The notes under the pieces were generated by a model. The model saw only the letters and a program-made list of their open reading frames with translations. It did no database searches and was not told the origin of the DNA. Source: Ignicoccus pacificus DSM 13166 (GTDB taxonomy: Archaea; Thermoproteota; Thermoprotei_A; Sulfolobales; Ignicoccaceae). From it: DNA of 32,000 bases. Below are positions 26,188 through 32,000 of this stretch, one piece after another. The DNA lies in the NCBI GenBank assembly GCA_025340205.1, contig CP006868.1, forward strand, positions 720,001 through 752,000, written 5' to 3'. How positions within the stretch are numbered: position 1 is the stretch's first letter; each line of letters opens with the position of its first letter. A program made the position numbers and the translations under genes.

Positions 26188-26191
26188 CACC

Positions 26192-26200
26192 TTTATTTTT
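26192..26200 (+). terminator. oligo-T tract (TTTATTTTT) directly after the glnA stop
   Basis: Archaeal intrinsic terminators are T-runs, and this one begins 5 nt after the stop codon. It overlaps the stop of the convergent V4R gene. Confidence 0.35.
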
Positions 26201-26699
26201 ACTCCTCAACCACGAACTCACAATACTCATCTCCATCAACTATACTCTTCACCTTCGTTATTCTTATAGGAGCGTTAGGAGAGCCGTATCTCCTAGACTT
26301 TGTCTCTAGGAGTATGGTCTTCTTCATGACGCCTTCTATGATGCCAGCCTTAAGCGAGGCTGCAACCAGACAAGCTCTTGGCTCACTACCGACCATCTTT
26401 ACGAGGGGACATCTTCTTACTATTATCTTTAACTTCCCGCCCTCTTCTATACACTCCACCTCTTCGTTTCCAAACATTGAATATACGTACTTGAAAACGT
26501 CGCATATATCCTTCAACTCTATTTTCTCTGAGAGCTTTACCTCATCGGCCACGTCTTTAGTAGCCTCGCGTAACACTCTGTAAACTAACGTTTCGGAAGC
26601 ATTATCTCCCAAGAGTTTCGAAAGTTCTGGTATCATGTACTTAAAGAGCATCTTCTTGATTACTAGGTTAGCAAACTCCTCACTACTCACAAAAACCAC
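26199..26699 (-). CDS. V4R (4-vinyl reductase-like) domain protein, COG1719-like
   Basis: 166 aa. The C-terminal half has the spaced cysteines typical of V4R domains (RRCPLV...PRACLV...DEYCEF). Assignment is from memory. Confidence 0.5.
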   Translation of the reverse strand: MVFVSSEEFANLVIKKMLFKYMIPELSKLLGDNASETLVYRVLREATKDVADEVKLSEKIELKDICDVFKYVYSMFGNEEVECIEEGGKLKIIVRRCPLVKMVGSEPRACLVAASLKAGIIEGVMKKTILLETKSRRYGSPNAPIRITKVKSIVDGDEYCEFVVEE

Positions 26700-26845
26700 C
26701 TACTATCATCTTCACACTTCAGCTTAAGTTGACGCCTTATGCGCGGTCTTGGGATCCCAGATCCTTGAGAACCTCTTTCAAACGACCTTTCGGGAAACAG
26801 AGTTTTGATTAAGAAGTAGGCAGTTGTTGCAAAACGGGCTAGAAC

Positions 26846-28213
26846 ATGAAGACTAAGTATAGAGAATTCCTAGCAATAGAAATAACGCCAGAGTTAGAAG
26901 GGAAGAAGGTACGAATTGCAGGATGGGTTCATTCAGTAAGAAGGGTCGGAAAGATCGCGTTCCTAGTGCTTAGGGATTTTACTGGTACGATCCAAGTAAC
27001 TTTCAGGGTTCCTAGAGATGCTGATGATGAAACTAAGGCCAAGTTTAAGGAGTTAGTAAAGAAAGTAGCCTCGCTTTCACCAGAGAGCGTTGTCATGGTA
27101 GAAGGTGTCGTTAGGAAGGACCCTAGGGCTCCCAGGGGAGTGGAGATAGTTGGGGAAAACGTCGAGGTTCTCAGTGAAGCTAAGAGTCCCTTACCTCTCG
27201 ACGTGGCCGGTAAGGTAGATGCCCATATAGACACTAGACTCGCCGCCAGACCAATAGACTTGAGAAGGCCAGAAAGTCAAGCCGTCTTACGTCTGGTGTC
27301 CTTGGCCGCGAAGGCCATAAGGAGTTATCTTTACGAACTGAACTTCACCGAAGTGTTTACACCAAAGATAATCGCTTCTGGTACAGAAGGCGGCGCTCAG
27401 CTCGTGCCGGTATTCTATTTTGGAAAAGATGCGTTCTTAGCTCAAAGTCCTCAGCTTTACAAAGAGCTCTTAACCTCCTCTCTTGAGTACGTATTCGAAA
27501 TAGCTCCGGCTTGGAGGCACGAGGAAAGCGATACACCGTATCACTTGGCTGAGTTCATCTCCGTAGATGTAGAAATGGCGTTCGCTGACTATAATGACGT
27601 CATGAAAGTGCTGGAAAACGTAATCAAGAGAGTTACTGACAACGTGAGGAATGAGGGTTCTACATGGCTAAAGATACTCAACCACGAACCACCTGAGGTA
27701 ACTCTACCAATACCTAGAATTAGTTACAAGGAGGCTTGGGAAATCATTAAGTCGGAGGGTTTCGATATAGAGCCGGGAGAGGACTTTGGTACTCCAGAGT
27801 TGAGAAAGCTTGCGGAAGTATTAGAGAAGGAAGGAAAAACTTCTGGGGGCTTCTTCTTCATAGTCGACTGGCCAGCAGATGTAAGGCCGTTTTATACTAA
27901 GAGGAAAGGCAAGGAAATTATTGGTGGAAGAGAGCTGGACTTGAGTGAGAGTTTCGACTTGAACTGGAGGCACTTGGAAATCTCGAGTGGTAGCACGAGA
28001 ATTCACAGGAGAGAGGAGCTGGAGAAGGAGATGAGCCTAAGAGGCCTAAATCCGGAGAGCTTCGAGTGGTACCTCAAGTGGTATGACTATGGCATGCCTC
28101 CCCACGCCGGATGGGGAATGGGTCTCCAGAGACTGATGGTGCCCATAGCCGGAATCCCCAACGTCAGGCTAGCCACAACCTTCCCAAGAGATATGAAGAG
28201 ATTGGTACCCTAG
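26846..28213 (+). CDS. aspS: aspartyl-tRNA synthetase, archaeal type
   Basis: N-terminal OB anticodon-binding domain (GWVHSVRRVGKIAFLVLRDFTGTIQV). Class IIb core with QSPQLYKE, FEIAPAWRHEESDTPYHLAEF, GSTRIH and GMPPHAGWGMGLQRL. Confidence 0.95.
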   Translation: MKTKYREFLAIEITPELEGKKVRIAGWVHSVRRVGKIAFLVLRDFTGTIQVTFRVPRDADDETKAKFKELVKKVASLSPESVVMVEGVVRKDPRAPRGVEIVGENVEVLSEAKSPLPLDVAGKVDAHIDTRLAARPIDLRRPESQAVLRLVSLAAKAIRSYLYELNFTEVFTPKIIASGTEGGAQLVPVFYFGKDAFLAQSPQLYKELLTSSLEYVFEIAPAWRHEESDTPYHLAEFISVDVEMAFADYNDVMKVLENVIKRVTDNVRNEGSTWLKILNHEPPEVTLPIPRISYKEAWEIIKSEGFDIEPGEDFGTPELRKLAEVLEKEGKTSGGFFFIVDWPADVRPFYTKRKGKEIIGGRELDLSESFDLNWRHLEISSGSTRIHRREELEKEMSLRGLNPESFEWYLKWYDYGMPPHAGWGMGLQRLMVPIAGIPNVRLATTFPRDMKRLVP

Positions 28214-28265
28214 CAAATAATTGCTATTTATTTTCTGCTTGCGACGCCCTATCCTCGGGCTCAGA

Positions 28266-29852
28266 GTGACGAAATACGTGTTCGTAACCGGAGGAGTACT
28301 ATCCAGCTTAGGTAAGGGAATAATAACGGCCTCCACGTCTCTCCTCTTTAAGAGCATGGGCTACAGCGTTACTGCAATAAAGATTGACCCCTACGTCAAC
28401 GTAGACGCCAGTACCATGAGCCCCTTTGCCCACGGAGAAGTCTTCGTGACGGAAGATGGGGGAGAAACTGACCTCGACTTGGGTCACTATGAAAGATTTC
28501 TGCATCAGAACTTAAGTAAGAACAACAATATAACAACGGGTAAAGTCTTCAAGAGGGTGATTGAAAAAGAGAGAAAAGGATTATACTTAGGCCAGACCGT
28601 TCAAATAATTCCTCACGTTACCAATGAAATAAAGGAAATGATAAGGGAAGTTGCCGAGGGCTATGACATAGCCGTTGTAGAAATAGGAGGTACTGTGGGC
28701 GACATAGAGAGTCTACCGTTCTTGGAAGCGGCCAGACAGATGTGGATCGAGAAGAATAAGCGCGACGTGATATTTGTTCACGTAGCTCTCCTCCCAGTCT
28801 TAAGGAGTACGGGCGAGCAGAAGACCAAACCGGTACAGCATTCGGTACAAGAACTTCGAAGAATAGGAATACAGCCGGATATAGTCATTGCTAGATCCGA
28901 AAGGCCCGTGGAATCTGAAGCCAGAAGGAAAATCGCCCTATATTCAAACATACCAGAGAAAGCCGTATTCTCCGACCCCGATGTAGAAGTGATATATGAG
29001 GTACCTCTTATTCTTCATTCACAAGACTATGACAAGTACTTAAGTGAATTATTAGGGGTTGAATGGAGAAAACCGGAGCTAGGAAAATGGGAGGATTTCG
29101 TCAATAGACTGAAGAACTTAGACGAGGGTCCTAAACTAGCAATGATAGGGAAATACACAAAGCTAAAGGATAGCTACATGAGCATCATAGAAGCATTAAA
29201 GCACTCTAGCGTCGTGGTGGGAAAGAAACCTAAGTTGATATGGGTCGAGGCCACAGACGTGGAAGAGGGCAAGTTAGATCCCAAAGAGATAGCCGAGAAG
29301 GCGGATGCTGGAATAGTTCTTCCTGGATTTGGAAGCAGAGGTGCTGAAGGAAAGATCAAGTTGATAGAGGCCTTTAGAGAGAATAGAAAGCCACTCTTAG
29401 GTATTTGCTTTGGCATGCAGATGATGGTAGTAGAAGTTGCAAGGAACTTAGCTGGCTTGGAGGGTGCGAATAGTACCGAAGTGAATCCCAATACACCACA
29501 TCCCGTCGTAAAGATACTAGATGAGCAGAAATGGGTCAAATACTTGGGTGGAACACTAAGAGTCGGTGCTCGTAAGGTTCTCATAGAGAAGGGCACAAAG
29601 CTCTGGGAAGCCTATGGATCAGAGAGCGTCATGGAAAGACATAGGCATCGTTATGATGTGAATCCTTCTTACGTGGACGTTCTGGAAAAAGCCGGTTTGA
29701 AGATATCGGCGTGGGATGAAAATAGAGTGATTCCGGAAGCCGTGGAGCTCAAGGATCAGTTGTTCATAGGGGTACAGTACCACCCGGAGTACAAGAGCAG
29801 GCCACTAACCGCCTCAAAGGTCTACACATACTTCTTGAAGAAAATATCTTAA
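28266..29852 (+). CDS. pyrG: CTP synthase
   Basis: I chose GTG 28266, giving (M)TKYVFVTGGVLSSLGKG, the canonical N-terminus. It also has the GGTVGDIES synthetase motif and GATase motifs GICFGMQ and QYHPE. The track's 15-aa N-terminal extension was rejected. Confidence 0.95.
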   Translation: MTKYVFVTGGVLSSLGKGIITASTSLLFKSMGYSVTAIKIDPYVNVDASTMSPFAHGEVFVTEDGGETDLDLGHYERFLHQNLSKNNNITTGKVFKRVIEKERKGLYLGQTVQIIPHVTNEIKEMIREVAEGYDIAVVEIGGTVGDIESLPFLEAARQMWIEKNKRDVIFVHVALLPVLRSTGEQKTKPVQHSVQELRRIGIQPDIVIARSERPVESEARRKIALYSNIPEKAVFSDPDVEVIYEVPLILHSQDYDKYLSELLGVEWRKPELGKWEDFVNRLKNLDEGPKLAMIGKYTKLKDSYMSIIEALKHSSVVVGKKPKLIWVEATDVEEGKLDPKEIAEKADAGIVLPGFGSRGAEGKIKLIEAFRENRKPLLGICFGMQMMVVEVARNLAGLEGANSTEVNPNTPHPVVKILDEQKWVKYLGGTLRVGARKVLIEKGTKLWEAYGSESVMERHRHRYDVNPSYVDVLEKAGLKISAWDENRVIPEAVELKDQLFIGVQYHPEYKSRPLTASKVYTYFLKKIS

Positions 29853-29875
29853 CTTAGTTAGCGTCTCACACGAAC

Positions 29876-30823
29876 TTACTTTATGTTGACTCCTAGAATC
29901 CTAGCTACTTGCACCAGAGCAGCGGAGCTCTGAGCTCCCATCACAGCTATGGCCTTACCGGTCTTGGGATTCAAGAGGATAGTCGTTGGTGTGGCGATTG
30001 TTGGGAACAGTTGGTGAGCCTTCATCATCTGTTCGTTATACCACCCCTTTAGAGCGTTAATCGCTTGCGTCTCGTTTTTCACTTGCTTTACAAGTCCGTA
30101 TTCCTTCACTACGTTGACAATGTTAACTAACTCCTTTTTAGCGTTTACTAATGCCTCCAAATTAGCTATTATCTTGTGTTCTAGATCGAAGAACTTTTGG
30201 GTTTCGTTACCATTCGCTAGCTCTTGCTGTACGTAAGCCAAAGCCAAGCTCTGGTTGTAACCCTTAGTGTAAGTGTGGAAAGCTATCATCACTGGTATCA
30301 TGTAAATCTTACCCTCTTTTGCCCAAGTCTCTATCAGCCTACCTCCGCCCTCTAGGTAAAACCTAGCACAGTAGGGACAGAAGGGATCCAGCAGTTCAAT
30401 AACCCATAGCGAGCTCTTGGGATTACCCATACCCTTAGGCATCCCACCGAATACTTCGAATAGCTTTTTGGTAAAGTTACCGTGATAAATATACACCGCT
30501 ATACCGTTTATCGGAACCAGACAATAAGTAGAGCCGCTGCAGGAGTTATACAGAGGTAGGCCAGCCTTCTTGCAGCTCGCAGCTTGTGCTTGATTAACCT
30601 TTACTAAGGCTGCTGGTAACCAGCCGGTATAATCCGGCAGTAACTTAGTTACATTATCGACAAGAACGTCGTTCTTTAGTACCATACCGACCTTAAGCTT
30701 CGGGTAGATCTTCTGAGTCAAGCTGTCTATTAGAATTACTGCATTGTGGGATACGTTTACACAGCTCTTGGCAGCGAGAACGAACGCTGCCAACACTAAC
30801 AAAGAGACCATGACCTTCTTCAT
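29876..30823 (-). CDS. secreted or membrane-anchored DsbA-like thiol:disulfide oxidoreductase (CPYC active site)
   Basis: N-terminal signal/anchor MKKVMVSLLVLAAFVLAA. A Cys-containing N-domain is followed by a thioredoxin-fold core with LLDPFCPYCARF. Confidence 0.65.
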   Translation of the reverse strand: MKKVMVSLLVLAAFVLAAKSCVNVSHNAVILIDSLTQKIYPKLKVGMVLKNDVLVDNVTKLLPDYTGWLPAALVKVNQAQAASCKKAGLPLYNSCSGSTYCLVPINGIAVYIYHGNFTKKLFEVFGGMPKGMGNPKSSLWVIELLDPFCPYCARFYLEGGGRLIETWAKEGKIYMIPVMIAFHTYTKGYNQSLALAYVQQELANGNETQKFFDLEHKIIANLEALVNAKKELVNIVNVVKEYGLVKQVKNETQAINALKGWYNEQMMKAHQLFPTIATPTTILLNPKTGKAIAVMGAQSSAALVQVARILGVNIK

Positions 30824-30848
30824 CCTTCGCGACCCTAAGGGAGGATCC

Positions 30849-31193
30849 TCAACTCCTTAAAGGTATATTTCTTTTCTTCATTGATTCCTTCATAGCCCTT
30901 CTCACATGTTCTACGTCTACCGTTAAGTTCCCCGTGGTTCCCTCTTGTACTAGCACGGTCTCCCCATTGATAAAGACCTTCACGGTGGGGATCATGTATA
31001 CTTTCTCTTCATCCATTATTGAGGGGGTTATTGATACATCCACTTCCCTAACTTTACAGTTAAATCCCTCTAACTCTTCCATCATTTTCTCATACAATCT
31101 CTTGCTCTCCTCTATCCAATCTGCAGTGAAAACTACTACGGTTACTCCCTCTTTCTTTTCCTTTTCAAAGTCTTCTTTGTTAATGATTAGCAA
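30849..31193 (-). CDS. thioredoxin-fold protein without a CxxC active site
   Basis: 114 aa. It is collinear with thioredoxin (VVVFTADW....., then IPTVKVFINGE), but the WCGPC position reads WIEES. Confidence 0.55.
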   Translation of the reverse strand: MLIINKEDFEKEKKEGVTVVVFTADWIEESKRLYEKMMEELEGFNCKVREVDVSITPSIMDEEKVYMIPTVKVFINGETVLVQEGTTGNLTVDVEHVRRAMKESMKKRNIPLRS

Positions 31194-31235
31194 GTTCCAC
31201 CCTATCGGAGGAATTGGTTCATATATCTAAAAAGA

Positions 31236-31511
31236 TTAGACCAGCTCTAGCTTCTTCAGCCTACCATAGTTGAACATGAGAGTATAACCGCAGTTCTTAC
31301 ATCTGAGCTTGACAACTTGATTTTTAGTCACCTTAGCGAACCTCTTTTGCTCCGGCTTCCTCTGAGAACCGTATCCCTCTTGCTTCCTCCTATATCTCCT
31401 CTCTCCGAGAGCGAGAGCCCTCCTCTTTCCATGTTTATAGACAGTGACGGAGTGCGGAGTGTGAGTCTTGCACCTTGGACAATACCTCCTTATCTCCTTG
31501 GGTACCTTCAT
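31236..31511 (-). CDS. rpl44e: 50S ribosomal protein L44e (eL42)
   Basis: 91 aa. CPRCKTHTPH...CKNCG zinc ribbon, with KRRALALGERRYRRKQEGYGSQRKP typical of L44e. Confidence 0.9.
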   Translation of the reverse strand: MKVPKEIRRYCPRCKTHTPHSVTVYKHGKRRALALGERRYRRKQEGYGSQRKPEQKRFAKVTKNQVVKLRCKNCGYTLMFNYGRLKKLELV

Positions 31512-31612
31512 CTCGTCTGACCCCCGAAACCCTCACAACTTAAGGTAAAATAAGGGTTCCGAGTACCCCACACTCTAAAGATTACATGATCAAACCCCTC
31601 TCGGGGATGTGA

Positions 31613-32000
31613 TTGGACGTACAGAGTCACCCTACCAGCGTCAAGTTATTGAAAGAGGAAATCGTGAAATGTCCTGTTTGCCATGAGAACAAGATGAAGG
31701 TCAGCATATATCAATATGATATGCCGTTGATGGGACCAGTAATAGTAGTCGTTGGCAAGTGCGAGAGCTGTGGTTATAAGTTCGTGGACATAAAAACCGT
31801 CGAAAGTAAAGGGAGACAAGAGATAGTGTTCAAAGTAGACAAGGAGGAGGATCTAAATACCTTAGTGTTGAGATCCTCTACGGCATCTCTAGAGATACCG
31901 GAACTGGAGGCTGAAATAGCACCGGGGCCCGTCTCTCAGGGCTTCCTCACCACAGTCGAGGGTGTCCTTCAAAGGTTCAAGGATATACTCAACTTCTTGT
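31613..32000 (+). CDS. ZPR1-type zinc-finger protein (COG1779-like), partial; start uncertain (TTG 31613, TTG 31649 or GTG 31664)
   Basis: Absent from the ORF track because it leaves the window. My translation gives ..VKCPVCHENKMKVSIYQYDMPLMGPVIVVVGKCESCGYKFVDIKTVESKGRQEIVFKVDKEEDLNTLVLRSSTASLEIPELEAEIAPGP.., matching the ZPR1 zinc-finger/beta-barrel pattern. Confidence 0.65.
   Translation, partial: MDVQSHPTSVKLLKEEIVKCPVCHENKMKVSIYQYDMPLMGPVIVVVGKCESCGYKFVDIKTVESKGRQEIVFKVDKEEDLNTLVLRSSTASLEIPELEAEIAPGPVSQGFLTTVEGVLQRFKDILNFL

Noticed and set aside
26751-26760. Perfect 10-bp palindrome TGGGATCCCA in the V4R/aspS divergent intergenic region.
   Set aside because: About 30 perfect 10-bp palindromes are expected by chance in 32 kb. 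There is no second copy or flanking symmetry.

Overview
This window looks like a core chromosomal segment of a hyperthermophilic, moderately AT-rich archaeon, probably Crenarchaeota/TACK. The genes are tightly packed and often overlap. GTG and TTG starts are common, leaders are short or absent, and the RNA genes stand out as GC-rich islands. Most genes are housekeeping: carA-carB, argF, nadE, aroD, glnA, pyrG, serS, aspS, rpl44e, rio2 and three tRNAs (Ile-GAU, Ser-CGA, Ala-GGC). All three tRNA genes encode their CCA ends. I saw no CRISPR array, IS element, integrase or rRNA. Four things deserve a second look. (1) A promoter-equipped tRNA-Gln(CUG)-like element at about 21204-21258 (minus strand) has acceptor, D and anticodon arms but no T-arm and no CCA. 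It could be a split-tRNA half, a T-arm deletion pseudogene or an att remnant. (2) A HerA-family ATPase is translationally coupled to a winged-helix/multi-Zn-ribbon protein instead of Mre11/Rad50/NurA. That partner has a disordered tail carrying three (D/E)EFFG motifs. (3) rad50 sits alone about 6 kb away, directly abutting tRNA-Ser and convergent with a cysteine-less TFB-like paralog. (4) There are two apparent pseudoenzymes: an amidohydrolase-like protein with a single His, and a thioredoxin-fold protein without CxxC. All product calls rest on motif recognition by eye. No searches were run.
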